Counted from the stretch's first letter, positions 39,857 through 49,748 are shown. The stretch: DNA of 64,000 nucleotides from a virus (IMGVR_UViG_3300021960_006627:1-64000), one strand, 5' to 3'. Notes: generated from the sequence alone by a model not told the origin. A program made the numbers and translations.

Positions 39857-40594
39857 TTAGGCCGCCTGTGCTGGAATGATATATTTGTATTTTGCCAAAC
39901 CGCTATCTAATTCAATCTGAATGGCCCCTTCGTTTGAAATACTCATCTTGGTGTTATTCACATCAGCAATTTTTAGAATTGCAAGGATGCTCGCAACAGG
40001 CCAAGTCCAACCACGATCCAACTTACCTTCAACATTAGTAGCAAAAATAAATTCACCGCCATGCGTTGAAGCATCACCAAAGATAAACTTCAAATTACCA
40101 TCTTCAGTCTTTGCTAAGAATGTTGGATGTTCTGGATTTGCACCAGCCTGGAAATTAAAACGCTGAACGCCTGCCAGTGTAGGCACAACTTCCACGTCCC
40201 AATTAACTCCACGGAACTTTACCGTTTTCATCTTTTCGTTAATGATTTCCATGTTCATAAAACGATAATCGTTCTTGAAGTCACCATCCTTGTTTTCAAA
40301 GTGAATGCCTACAGGAATAGTTGCACCATTGCGTTCCGCACTTGTGATACTAATCTTTGCATCATCCTTGTATTCACTACCATCTAGCAAATACTTTAGT
40401 TTTTGTAGTTGTGGCATGCCAAATACACCTAGCATATCCGGATAAGGATTGTTTGTATCCGCCTCCATAATTACTGATCTATCATCAGCCATAGAAAACA
40501 TTGCAGTCTTATCTCCCTCACCTGTAACCTTTACAGTTGTAAGAAAGCCTAAGTTCTGTGTATGTCCTACGATATCTTGTAAAATGTCTTTCAT
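39857..40594 (-). CDS. Sliding clamp (gp45/PCNA-like)
   Basis: 245 aa, immediately downstream of polymerase; C-terminal MSISNEGAIQI...YKYIIPA is PCNA-like. Confidence 0.65.
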   Translation of the reverse strand: MKDILQDIVGHTQNLGFLTTVKVTGEGDKTAMFSMADDRSVIMEADTNNPYPDMLGVFGMPQLQKLKYLLDGSEYKDDAKISITSAERNGATIPVGIHFENKDGDFKNDYRFMNMEIINEKMKTVKFRGVNWDVEVVPTLAGVQRFNFQAGANPEHPTFLAKTEDGNLKFIFGDASTHGGEFIFATNVEGKLDRGWTWPVASILAILKIADVNNTKMSISNEGAIQIELDSGLAKYKYIIPAQAA

Positions 40595-40651
40595 TGAATT
40601 CTCCTATACATTACATTATATTTAGGTTTTGTATAAAACACAAGTCCTTTT

Positions 40652-43315
40652 TTACTCAAAATCAAATAATTTATTAAAGTTATTGTCATTTCGAGTTTGA
40701 CTAATGTCCCATTCCAATACACCAATTAAGTTTTTAAGTTTTTCATCGATAACTGTATTTTCCATAGTAGCATCATCGAATGGTAAATCCTTAAACCATT
40801 CCGGCAGTCTTAGTTCATCTACCGGATATGCCACACTTGTGTAACCCATTGGGTTATCCTTAACCTTACAGACAATGACCTTTGCACCGTCTGTGATATT
40901 CACTGAATACTTGTCACCGTTCATGCGTTTAAGTGTGTTCCAATTAATACTTGCTCGAACGTGTCCAGGCATATTTGCCTTTCCTGCTTTCTTTTCTTTG
41001 GCTTCATACTCAGTAATCTTGTTTGCACGTTTAGGCGAACCTTTTTCCCAACCAGGACGTGCTTTGAATTCTGTTCTAAATTCTGTAATGTAATCCAATA
41101 CATCTTCCTTTTCTTTTCCTGACAGAACCATTTCCAATACGTTACTTAGGAAGTCTTGGATGACAACAGGAGTATCCGAACGCTTGAGATCGAGACCCAT
41201 CGCCTTAATTTTACCTGGCTTGCCCTCTGTGTCTGTTCTAAAACCTTCAATGTCATAGTAGAGAACTGCATATCTTTTCTTTGTAATAAACAGTCCTTTG
41301 CTCGCAACAATTTCTCTAGCAGCCGCAATCACTTCCGAACGCTTCTTGGGACAGTGAAATGCTTGGCTCATAAATTTTCCAAATGTGGCATTTGTAGTTT
41401 CGCCGATAGTGTCATACAGTTCTACAACGCTATCCTTTGTCCAAGGAATAGTTCCTGCGTCAATATCTTTCTTAAGTGTGCTATATGCACTAAAGTATGT
41501 AGAATCTGTATCACCATAAACAATTGCCTTACCTGTATGATCATAGTCGCCTGTTACGATCTCATTGATTTTAGCAGCCATGTGTTTGGTAATGCTTCGT
41601 CCTGTAAGTGTAACACTCTGACCAATCCTGTTGTCGAAAAATCTACAGCCTGGATTTAGGATTGCACCATACAAACTGTTGAGCAAAATCTTCTTGACCA
41701 ACTGTCGCTTTGCCCAGTATTCTTCTTCAATCTTGTTGCCTGCGTTCTGGCTTTCCTTCTGCTTGGCCTGCATCTCCTTACGTTCCTTGTACCAACGTGC
41801 GAGTAGGCCGGGTATCACGCCTTCCTTTTCATAAGTGAAGATTGTGCCATTGGCACTCAGCATCCAAGGTTGGTTGCTTTCATAGATTAAATCATATATC
41901 TGTGCGGCACTTAATGTATCGTTGTCACCGTTCTCCCAATCAATTGTGATCTGTCTGCCTATTTCCTTTTCCATTACAGAACTGTATTCAACACTACCAA
42001 ACATACCTTCCCATGCACTTGCAAAGGATTTGCCCTTGGCCATTTGTCCATCAATGTGTGCTTTGGTACCATCCTGCCGTAGTTGCCCAACAACAGTTTC
42101 AGGCCCCATGTTCAATGCTCTAATAACACTAGGATACAGTGAATTCAAGTCAACCGATCCAATCCACTCGTGTATGCCCTTCTTAGGATACGCAACATAA
42201 GCACCTGCTGCCGGCTCTGAGCCAGGCTCACGTTTCACTCTGTTCGGAACAATCATTCCACGTCTGTGTGCTTCGTTGATAATGCCCTGTTCTGTAACAG
42301 CAACAGCACCCATTGTGGTTTGTATAAGCACAGTGTTTTCGTGTGCAATAGTGTTTGCAAGGTCAATAAACTTTAGTTTCTTGTCCAGTTTATCAAGCAG
42401 TGCAGTATCCTGCCTGTTGTATTCAATGAACGTTCTAAAGTCATTGTTGTATAGTGCATCAAGGCTTCCTTCATACACGGTTTTCTTTTCGCCTACTTCT
42501 AGTTCGCCAATAGCATCTAGTCGATATGTGTGTCTTTCTTCATAGTTGTATTTTCTGTAAAGTTCCAAACTATCCACATGCACACGACCAACTAGATCAT
42601 ATGTTGTAGATTCCTTACCAAACTTTTCATATGTTCTTTTTTTAGGATATTGATCCCACAAGCACAAACGTCTTGTATCTTCTTTGCTTAAAACTTTAAT
42701 AATACGGTTAACAGTGTAGGGCATATCATAACCTTCACTGTTCCAGCCACTTAGCACATCCGCATCCTGTATCAGGTCAAGAAACGCATCAAGCATATCC
42801 GCTTCGTTTTCATAAAGTATTGTGTTTGGAATACCTTCAATTGCCTTTTGTGCTTCTGCCATCGATAGTGTCTTAGGTGGAATAGCAAGACAGATTAGTT
42901 CTTCCATCCACTGCAAATGCACCGCAATGGAAGTGATTGGCATGAATGCATCCTCAGGAGAAGCATAGCCACGCTCCGGATCGAAATCAACCTCAATATC
43001 CCAAAATGCAACATTCAGTTTTGGTGCATCAATGTTTAGATAGTTGTCTTCAAGACAACGATAGATAGGATTAATATCGCTTTCGTATAATTTCTTGTTG
43101 GAATGGATCGCAAGTTCCTTGCGAAGTTCTTTAATATTCTTTGCACTTACTCGCTGTAGTGCTTCACCATAGATTGATTGGTGCTTTCCTCTTGGATCTT
43201 TATAATAGAATATGTGTCGGGGTTGATACTCTGTGAAACTTCTCTTGCCGTTCTTTCTTTCGACAATTCGAATAATGTCTTCGTTGCGATCATAGAACGC
43301 ATCTACGTAACTCAT
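40652..43315 (-). CDS. Family B DNA polymerase (gp43-like)
   Basis: DIEVD, GWNSEGYD, YNRQD exonuclease motifs; DLNSLYPS, KILLNSLYG, YGDTDS, KKRY; C-terminal KLFDF clamp-binding-like tail. Confidence 0.97.
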   Translation of the reverse strand: MSYVDAFYDRNEDIIRIVERKNGKRSFTEYQPRHIFYYKDPRGKHQSIYGEALQRVSAKNIKELRKELAIHSNKKLYESDINPIYRCLEDNYLNIDAPKLNVAFWDIEVDFDPERGYASPEDAFMPITSIAVHLQWMEELICLAIPPKTLSMAEAQKAIEGIPNTILYENEADMLDAFLDLIQDADVLSGWNSEGYDMPYTVNRIIKVLSKEDTRRLCLWDQYPKKRTYEKFGKESTTYDLVGRVHVDSLELYRKYNYEERHTYRLDAIGELEVGEKKTVYEGSLDALYNNDFRTFIEYNRQDTALLDKLDKKLKFIDLANTIAHENTVLIQTTMGAVAVTEQGIINEAHRRGMIVPNRVKREPGSEPAAGAYVAYPKKGIHEWIGSVDLNSLYPSVIRALNMGPETVVGQLRQDGTKAHIDGQMAKGKSFASAWEGMFGSVEYSSVMEKEIGRQITIDWENGDNDTLSAAQIYDLIYESNQPWMLSANGTIFTYEKEGVIPGLLARWYKERKEMQAKQKESQNAGNKIEEEYWAKRQLVKKILLNSLYGAILNPGCRFFDNRIGQSVTLTGRSITKHMAAKINEIVTGDYDHTGKAIVYGDTDSTYFSAYSTLKKDIDAGTIPWTKDSVVELYDTIGETTNATFGKFMSQAFHCPKKRSEVIAAAREIVASKGLFITKKRYAVLYYDIEGFRTDTEGKPGKIKAMGLDLKRSDTPVVIQDFLSNVLEMVLSGKEKEDVLDYITEFRTEFKARPGWEKGSPKRANKITEYEAKEKKAGKANMPGHVRASINWNTLKRMNGDKYSVNITDGAKVIVCKVKDNPMGYTSVAYPVDELRLPEWFKDLPFDDATMENTVIDEKLKNLIGVLEWDISQTRNDNNFNKLFDFE

Positions 43316-43411
43316 CTTTTCTCCTTACATGCCATTTTCGGCTGGCAAATACCAAACAGTCCTTTAGTGGCGGACAAAACCTTCTTCACTATTATATATC
43401 CTTGCAAATCA

Positions 43412-43642
43412 TCATGCAAGATAAAACAGGCTAATACCAATAATGCCCACTGCGCTTAGAACCGCATTTGTAACTATCAGTGCAGGTTCCTTCCACATGA
43501 ACGAAACAATCAACCAAACTATACCACCCGCGGCAAGCAGTGCTGGCCCCAGCGGATACAAATTAGGAAATGTTGCATTAACAAATGTTCCTATGATTAA
43601 GATTATAGTTGCTACCCATTTGAGTATTGAATCAATTTTCAT
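43412..43642 (-). CDS. Small membrane protein
   Basis: Three hydrophobic segments. Confidence 0.6.
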   Translation of the reverse strand: MKIDSILKWVATIILIIGTFVNATFPNLYPLGPALLAAGGIVWLIVSFMWKEPALIVTNAVLSAVGIIGISLFYLA

Positions 43643-44012
43643 TTATTTTTTCTTCCACTGTAGCCACAGTTGTATCAGTTTCATTCGATGCTTGAATTCC
43701 TTCTTCTGCGTTTTGGCTATCTTCTGTTCCGTTGTCTTCATCTTCTATGACCTCTGTTGGTTTTAACATTGGAATTCCGGTTCTATCAAACCACCTACCA
43801 TCGTCAGTGACGAAGCAGTGTGATTTAAAATTGTTTCCGTCTATTCCCCTTAGGATAAGTTGCTTCTTGTGTATCTTTCCTTTATAAGTCGAATAATCTG
43901 CCTGTATTAATCTTAACTGACCACCACTTGCTGGGCTTCCGTAAATTCTGTCCGCCGGCTCTCCGTTCATACCTATGTGATTAGAAACAATGATGTAATT
44001 GTTATTTTCCAT
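43632..44012 (-). CDS. Hypothetical protein
   Basis: Coupled ORF. Confidence 0.55.
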   Translation of the reverse strand: MENNNYIIVSNHIGMNGEPADRIYGSPASGGQLRLIQADYSTYKGKIHKKQLILRGIDGNNFKSHCFVTDDGRWFDRTGIPMLKPTEVIEDEDNGTEDSQNAEEGIQASNETDTTVATVEEKINEN

Positions 44013-44229
44013 TGCGTTGATCAATAATTTTCTTTATGTGCATTAGGTTTTCAGGAACTTCCCAACCAAAAACTGATGCTAGATTAACACCACTGTTTTC
44101 GTATTCTAGTTCCTTAGCACCTCTTTTCATTCCAAAACCGAGACCTCCTTTTGTCTTGGTATGTCTCTTAGGGTCGTATTGAGATTCGTCTTTGTATTGC
44201 ACTTTTTTATATCTCTTTCTTTGTCTCAT
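44002..44229 (-). CDS. Small basic hypothetical protein
   Basis: Directly behind a sigma70 promoter. Confidence 0.55.
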   Translation of the reverse strand: MRQRKRYKKVQYKDESQYDPKRHTKTKGGLGFGMKRGAKELEYENSGVNLASVFGWEVPENLMHIKKIIDQRNGK

Positions 44230-44237
44230 ATGTTAGT

Positions 44238-44266
44238 ATTGTAACACAGACTAGAGTGTCTGTCAA
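44238..44266 (-). promoter_or_regulatory. Sigma70 promoter, 8 nt before ATG (near-leaderless)
   Basis: TTGACA-17 nt-TACAAT. Confidence 0.75.
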
Positions 44267-44430
44267 GAGGGATTTTTAACTTCTTTTGCGTGTCCTGACT
44301 TTTGGCATATTGGACAGGAATATTTGTTTTTTTCTATTTGTAATTTTTCTTCCATGGTTGGCATGGTCCAATAGAATCCACAATTTTGGCATGAAAGGTG
44401 CCATATTATTTCTTTTTGTGCTCTGAACAT
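44263..44430 (-). CDS. Small zinc-ribbon protein (55 aa; not in ORF track)
   Basis: MFRAQKEIIWHLSCQNCG...YSCPICQKSGH; two CxxC; TAATG coupling. Confidence 0.65.
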   Translation of the reverse strand: MFRAQKEIIWHLSCQNCGFYWTMPTMEEKLQIEKNKYSCPICQKSGHAKEVKNPS

Positions 44431-44717
44431 TACCACAAATTTGCTGCTATGCCAAATCCAAAGATATTGACAATGCTAAAGTAAAAAGTAAGTACCATTA
44501 CCCATGCTGCTCCTCTTCTATATGCAGCGTAGCATTGAGTAATACTACCAATGAAAAAATTAGGATAAACAATAAGCATATTAGGATCACGTGCATTGAA
44601 AGCAAGTGTTAGGCTTGCACCAACCGTAAATATAAAACTTACAAGTTCAAAACAAAATGCAACTTTGTCACTGTGAAAACTGTTTAGCCAGAAGGCTTTT
44701 ATATTAGTGAGAATCAA
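44430..44717 (-). CDS. Small membrane protein
   Basis: Three hydrophobic segments. Confidence 0.55.
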   Translation of the reverse strand: MILTNIKAFWLNSFHSDKVAFCFELVSFIFTVGASLTLAFNARDPNMLIVYPNFFIGSITQCYAAYRRGAAWVMVLTFYFSIVNIFGFGIAANLW

Positions 44718-44726
44718 AATTTATCC

Positions 44727-45002
44727 TTATTGTGCTGAATTATCTGATGGAAGATTATTTGTGATTCCTAGGATACTTTCAATTTCTTCCCATTCTTCAC
44801 TGTGTCTTGACCAATCACCTTTGTGTGCAATTTTAATTGCCTTGTTAATTGTGCTTGGTTTGATTTGTAATTCTTCTGCTACTGCTTTAACAGTATCTTT
44901 TAAACCTTCATTTAAATCTTCAACTTCTCTTAGTACGTTTGATCCTTCTTTGATTAAGCGATCTAGTTTTGCTTTTTCTTCTGGTCCATAATGTCTTGAC
45001 AT
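44727..45002 (-). CDS. dsDNA-binding protein (T4 DsbA/GapR-like)
   Basis: EVEDLNEGLKDTVKAVAEELQIKPSTINKAIK helical pattern; own promoter. Confidence 0.55.
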   Translation of the reverse strand: MSRHYGPEEKAKLDRLIKEGSNVLREVEDLNEGLKDTVKAVAEELQIKPSTINKAIKIAHKGDWSRHSEEWEEIESILGITNNLPSDNSAQ

Positions 45003-45026
45003 TTATTTCTCCTAGTTAATGTGTAT

Positions 45027-45055
45027 ATTATATAGTCACAAAAAAAGCCAGTCAA
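45027..45055 (-). promoter_or_regulatory. Sigma70 promoter overlapping terminator
   Basis: TTGACT-17 nt-TATAAT. Confidence 0.7.
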
Positions 45056-45073
45056 CTAATTAACTGGCTTTTT
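45040..45073 (-). terminator. Intrinsic terminator
   Basis: AAAAAGCCAGT...ACTGGCTTTTT inverted repeat ending the 45-50 kb array. Confidence 0.75.
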
Positions 45074-45091
45074 GTTAATTTTGGTAAAAAA

Positions 45092-46033
45092 TTATTTGCC
45101 GCAGTTTGGACCACAGTTGCAATCGTCGCCGCAATTGCCTTTGCACTCGCAATCTGGACCACAGTTACAATCCTTTCCTTCGTTTAAGCCTTTTTCAACA
45201 ACGTCATACATTTCAAAACGTCCGCCGTTTCTTTCATATAGCATTGCAGCAAAAATTTCCTGCTTGTTTGTTTCTTCAACTTTTGAAACAGCAACTCTGT
45301 TTGCCCAGTTCCAAAGAACATCGTCCATAGGATCGATAGCCTGCTGTCCGCCGCTTTCGCGTACCATCTTCATCATTTCAACGAATGACATCTTAGGTTC
45401 AACGGATTCCTTGACCGTTTCTTTTTTCTTTTTAGGTTCTTTGGCTTCGTCCATTTCTTTATCATCAGACTTCTTGCCTTTTACCATATTCTTAAATTTT
45501 TCCTGTGCTTTCTTCTGTGCTGCTGATTTCTTAGCCTCAACTATTTCGCCGTCCATGTCTTCAAATGTAACGGATTCGTTTTTCTTTTTCTTCTTGTATT
45601 CTTCCATACAAGACTCAATCATTTCTTTTAATTTTTCTTGATCGCAGCCTGAATATTCCTTGCAAATTGCTGCTTTAGTCATGCCCTTGCCACACATTAA
45701 TAAAACTTCTTTCTTGCTAGGCATTTTTTCTTTGTTGTCGCCTTTTTCTGCTTTGACAACTTGTTCTGCTTCTTTTACAGGCTCTTTCTTTTTCTTAGCA
45801 TCTTTAGCAGCCTTCTTCATAGGCTCTTTCTTGTCGCCATCTTTGTCCATATCAAGAAAGTCTGGTTTTGCTGCTTCTTTTACTTTTGAATCTTTTTTCG
45901 CTTCGGTAACTACTTCTTTAGCACCCAGCGCAATACCTGTTGATTCCGCCAGTTGTGTGAAATGCTGTAAATCCTGACCTGGCGTAGTAGGATCTAATTC
46001 GCGCATCTTTTTAATTATATTTCTAAAGTCCAT
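45092..46033 (-). CDS. Lys/Glu-rich putative prohead core/internal protein with Cys-rich C-terminal tail
   Basis: Many (V/I/L/M)-x-E-(A/S/G) sites; DMDKDGD motif; 8-Cys tail; TAAATA at 46057-46062. Confidence 0.5.
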   Translation of the reverse strand: MDFRNIIKKMRELDPTTPGQDLQHFTQLAESTGIALGAKEVVTEAKKDSKVKEAAKPDFLDMDKDGDKKEPMKKAAKDAKKKKEPVKEAEQVVKAEKGDNKEKMPSKKEVLLMCGKGMTKAAICKEYSGCDQEKLKEMIESCMEEYKKKKKNESVTFEDMDGEIVEAKKSAAQKKAQEKFKNMVKGKKSDDKEMDEAKEPKKKKETVKESVEPKMSFVEMMKMVRESGGQQAIDPMDDVLWNWANRVAVSKVEETNKQEIFAAMLYERNGGRFEMYDVVEKGLNEGKDCNCGPDCECKGNCGDDCNCGPNCGK

Positions 46034-46059
46034 CGTAGTTTCCTTTGTATAGTAAGTAT

Positions 46060-46473
46060 TTATCTTCTTACCGGGTTCTCACCAAAAATACTATTCTTCA
46101 TATCCAGCGCATTTTTAGCAGTTCCGTTGGCTGCTTTTGGCTGTTTAACCACAGGTTGTGGTGGTGCTTTTGTACCTGATTTACCAGGACTTCCTGTATA
46201 TGACTTCTTACCACGTGCTTTGCCTGGGCTTAGATGTGGTGCTTCTACACTTGCTATATTACCAGAACTCGTAGCGCCTGCTGTGGCAGATTCCATCTTT
46301 TCTTTATCCTTGTCCAATGCTGCTTTACGCTTCATTATTTCTTTTTTAAGTTCAGGATCCTTTGATGTGTTTGGATCTGCCTGTAGATCCTGTAGTGCTT
46401 TTTGTTTCGCGTGGTAATCAGCCTTGTCTTTTGTAGGCGTATATGCTTCTGAAAATAGTTCGTTTAATTTCAT
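46060..46473 (-). CDS. Putative internal virion protein
   Basis: Starts MKLNELFSE; TAAATA 5 nt upstream; ESATAGATSSGNIA module. Confidence 0.55.
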   Translation of the reverse strand: MKLNELFSEAYTPTKDKADYHAKQKALQDLQADPNTSKDPELKKEIMKRKAALDKDKEKMESATAGATSSGNIASVEAPHLSPGKARGKKSYTGSPGKSGTKAPPQPVVKQPKAANGTAKNALDMKNSIFGENPVRR

Positions 46474-46481
46474 ATTATTAT

Positions 46482-46682
46482 TTAGCCCTTGTTGCGTCCG
46501 CTTTTCATATTTGCGCACCAGTGATACATTTTAGCACGTTCTCCACTAGCATTTTTAGCCTTTTTACGTAGGCTAGTTACGCTTCCTTTACAACTAGCAC
46601 CAGCACGTTTTACACGTCCTGGACGGCTCTTGCCCTTCTTCTTACCATCAGCAAAGTTTTCAACTAGTTCAAATATTCTCAT
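46482..46682 (-). CDS. Small basic putative internal virion protein
   Basis: Starts MRIFELVE; highly basic remainder. Confidence 0.55.
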   Translation of the reverse strand: MRIFELVENFADGKKKGKSRPGRVKRAGASCKGSVTSLRKKAKNASGERAKMYHWCANMKSGRNKG

Positions 46683-47656
46683 TTCTTCTTGCGTCCTGCG
46701 CAGTGTGCTTTTTGGCTAAAGCCCTTTGGATTAGAGCAGTTGATGCTTTTCTTGTATTTGGCACTCCACTTTTCTTCTATGTAATTTCTAATTAGGCTTT
46801 GGAAACTTTCTTCTATCTCTGCCTTTAGTTTTTTAGCAGTCCTCTCAAACTTGTGATCCTTGTGCTTGAACCCTATGCCTCCGGCACTTTCCCACGCTGC
46901 AATATTAACACCATAATCGTCAATGAGGATATTAGGTGTGCCGTCGGGGTTTGTCGCATACTTCGCCTTATCCTTTGTTATGATGACTTCAGTTGGTGGG
47001 AAGAAGTCTAGATTCTTTTCAATCCATTCGCGCTTGTGTGGTTCCGATTTAGGATCGTTAGCCAATGGTGAACTTAGAATCTTGTAGTTTCCTTTAACCT
47101 GTTTAATAATGCCGAGTAATTTTTTTGCGTTTGATGTAAGAGGAATGTTTAACCAAAAGTCTTCCTCGTCTCTAATTTTTTTAAGTGCTGGTTCGATTTC
47201 GTCCTTATTAATTTCTCTCCAGTCCTTGCCTACCAACTTCTTCCACTCACCAAAGAAGTCTGCTAGAACACCATCCATATCAACATATATTTCTGATTTA
47301 GGATTTAGTCCTTGGAACATATCCTCATAGGCTATGCTTTCCTTTTTCTTTTTCTTCTTGGGGAATAATTTCTTAACGTTCATGTATTCGCCGCCTACGG
47401 GAACGTCTGCTGTTGCATTCTGTTTTGTAACTATGCCAACACCTGCTGCTTCTTCAGATGTTTTCTTTTTGGTAGGTAATCCCTTGTGCTTGGTTTTAGC
47501 AAAGTCTTTGACATCACTCTTTTTCATATCTTTAGCAACTTTGCCTGCTTCGCCAGACTTTTTCATATCGCCCTTTTGCATTGCTCTTACAATACCAAAG
47601 AACTGCTGCTGCTTTTTGCTAACTGCTTTTTCAGATATGATCTCGTATGCTCTCAT
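46679..47656 (-). CDS. Modular protein containing a HAD 5'(3')-deoxyribonucleotidase-like domain and small basic modules
   Basis: IYVDMDGVLADF, LSSP, ILIDD; N-terminal MRAYEIISE and AVSKKQQ...FAKTKHKGLP (DUF3008-like). Confidence 0.7.
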   Translation of the reverse strand: MRAYEIISEKAVSKKQQQFFGIVRAMQKGDMKKSGEAGKVAKDMKKSDVKDFAKTKHKGLPTKKKTSEEAAGVGIVTKQNATADVPVGGEYMNVKKLFPKKKKKKESIAYEDMFQGLNPKSEIYVDMDGVLADFFGEWKKLVGKDWREINKDEIEPALKKIRDEEDFWLNIPLTSNAKKLLGIIKQVKGNYKILSSPLANDPKSEPHKREWIEKNLDFFPPTEVIITKDKAKYATNPDGTPNILIDDYGVNIAAWESAGGIGFKHKDHKFERTAKKLKAEIEESFQSLIRNYIEEKWSAKYKKSINCSNPKGFSQKAHCAGRKKK

Positions 47657-47853
47657 TCTATGGGTTTCTCGCCTGTTAGTTTTGGTAGTGCGAACCACAA
47701 CTTAAACCATTCAGGGGTTCCTGGTTGTATGTTGTGTTTCTTTTCTAGATATTGTTTTTCCGTGCCTGTGATCGATAGATTGGGTCCGTCATATGCTTTC
47801 CAGCCATGACGTTCATAGATGCCCGCAAGTCTTTTTAACTCTTCTATCTCCAT
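47653..47853 (-). CDS. Hypothetical protein
   Basis: MEIEELKRLAGI...IQPGTPEWFKLWF. Confidence 0.55.
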   Translation of the reverse strand: MEIEELKRLAGIYERHGWKAYDGPNLSITGTEKQYLEKKHNIQPGTPEWFKLWFALPKLTGEKPIE

Positions 47854-48794
47854 TACATCTTAACACAATTATCAACTCGTTTGCCACCCTTCATCTTGGT
47901 GCCCATGCGCTTGTAGCCTTTCCAGCATACCTTGCCATCAACGCCCTTTTGCTTTTCTTCATTAACACTTTCATACTGCTTTTGCATTTCTTCTGGTAGT
48001 GCCGTAAAGCGAGCCTTGCCACATTCTGAACATACTGCTTCGTTTGTTCTTTTTAATGCTTTGGCTACACTAGGATGGTCTGCTAGTCCAGGAGCAATTT
48101 TGTTTATCACTTCCACTGCACCCGTGTAGTTACCGCCCTTGTATCTTGGATCGTTTAAAACACCAAAGGCCATCTTGATTTCCTTGTCGGAAAATCCTAT
48201 GTTGTCCTTGTCGTGCATGTCCTCTTCTGTTCTATCTCCATCAACATCAGGAACGTTTAGTTCATTTTCCAAGTAATGTTTGGCCTTGCTGATCATTTGT
48301 AGGCTCTTAACAACCTTTGCCTGCCACCAGTGGGGGAAATCACTGTCAGCGGGTAGGTCTTCTAGCATTTCAAACATCTCTTTGGCATACTTTGCCATTT
48401 GGTAAAGTTCCTTGCGAATCATGTTACGCTCATCATCTGTATGTCCGATAGGGGTATTTTCGGTTGCTACAGATTCTTCTTTTTCATCTTCATCTGGCTT
48501 AGGATCCGGATCCTTAACTTTTTGTAATGAAGTGTCCTTTTGCTGTTGAGCCCATTTCATCATCTTCAAGATCTGTTCCTTACTCAGTCTAACCTTTTTA
48601 GAAAGTTCGTCTATGCTTGATGCTCCGCCAGGCTCACCGTATCTTGTTAGTTCGTCACCGAGTCTACCTAGCACGTTTGATAGTGCGTCATCCTTGACTG
48701 TGACTGATTTATCCATTAGTATTCTTCCCATTCGGGCAAGTTCTCCACCTGCCGGATTAGTATATGCCGATCTTTCTTTATCCATTATACCCAT
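47853..48794 (-). CDS. Modular hypothetical protein
   Basis: Several helical modules plus C-terminal CWKGYKRMGTKMKGGKRVDNCV. Confidence 0.6.
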   Translation of the reverse strand: MGIMDKERSAYTNPAGGELARMGRILMDKSVTVKDDALSNVLGRLGDELTRYGEPGGASSIDELSKKVRLSKEQILKMMKWAQQQKDTSLQKVKDPDPKPDEDEKEESVATENTPIGHTDDERNMIRKELYQMAKYAKEMFEMLEDLPADSDFPHWWQAKVVKSLQMISKAKHYLENELNVPDVDGDRTEEDMHDKDNIGFSDKEIKMAFGVLNDPRYKGGNYTGAVEVINKIAPGLADHPSVAKALKRTNEAVCSECGKARFTALPEEMQKQYESVNEEKQKGVDGKVCWKGYKRMGTKMKGGKRVDNCVKM

Positions 48795-48808
48795 TGTTTT
48801 CCCCTTGT

Positions 48809-49423
48809 TTAATCCTCGGTATTATCCGATAATCCCATTCCTTTTCTTACTGCGGCGAATAATTCTTCCGCATGTTCTCCAGCACCTGTGTGTGCTGTGA
48901 AACTTTTTAAATCGTTATTAGCGGCATCTTCTCTTGCTTTGGTTCCGCTTATGCCTTCAACACCCTCTGCTCCGTCCTCTCTTGCGCCTGCGCTTACAAA
49001 CTCAAGAGTTTCAAATTTGTATTTGTTTTCCAAAGGACCCTTCTTTCCCTCTTCCTTTCCGTTGTATGCAACCAATTGATCGTATAAATTCTTTCTATCA
49101 TCTCCACCCACGAATGTTGCATGTGTGTAGCCTTGGTCATTTAGATATTGTGCAACCTTGGTTATTGTGTTTAGGTTCGTGTCCTCAACTACATTATCTG
49201 CATATTCAGAATGTATCTTTCTAATAAAATCTACCTTGGCAGAATAGTCTAGTGGATTCTTTTTTGCGTCCTGGCTCATGGTAGTAAAGATTTTCATGTC
49301 TCCTCCTTGTGCCTTCATTTTTTTGAAAACTTCCTTGTGTCCTAAGGTAGGAGGATTAAACCTTCCAAAGCAGAAGGTTACGTGTTTGTCAGTATCTGCT
49401 TCGAATAATTCTCTAATCTTCAT
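48809..49423 (-). CDS. Cytidyltransferase-like (HxGH-class) nucleotidyltransferase
   Basis: FGRFNPPTLGH, KNPL, VGGDDR, ISGTKAR; starts MKIRELFE. Confidence 0.75.
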   Translation of the reverse strand: MKIRELFEADTDKHVTFCFGRFNPPTLGHKEVFKKMKAQGGDMKIFTTMSQDAKKNPLDYSAKVDFIRKIHSEYADNVVEDTNLNTITKVAQYLNDQGYTHATFVGGDDRKNLYDQLVAYNGKEEGKKGPLENKYKFETLEFVSAGAREDGAEGVEGISGTKAREDAANNDLKSFTAHTGAGEHAEELFAAVRKGMGLSDNTED

Positions 49424-49748
49424 AGTCGCCACGCTCTATGTATTTTTCCTGTTCTCCGGAAATAGTTCTCGCTAATGCTATAATATTTTCCTTATTAATT
49501 TTGTCCTGCATGTCTTCTATAGAAAATTTATTACAGTACATTTCTTTACACTGTTCTAATGGCTTGATATATATTTTATAAGCGTCAGGATGACCTTTAT
49601 ATTTCATGTGTTTCTTAATTGCAGGAAACAATACTTTACTCATTACTTCATTATCACTATCGATGAATATCTTTAGATCTTCGATATAGTTTATGTCATC
49701 GTTATCCGATGGTGCGCCTATGGGTGAGAATAATTCATTTAGTTTCAT
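49413..49748 (-). CDS. Hypothetical protein
   Basis: Starts MKLNELFS, identical to the 46473 gene. Confidence 0.6.
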   Translation of the reverse strand: MKLNELFSPIGAPSDNDDINYIEDLKIFIDSDNEVMSKVLFPAIKKHMKYKGHPDAYKIYIKPLEQCKEMYCNKFSIEDMQDKINKENIIALARTISGEQEKYIERGDYED

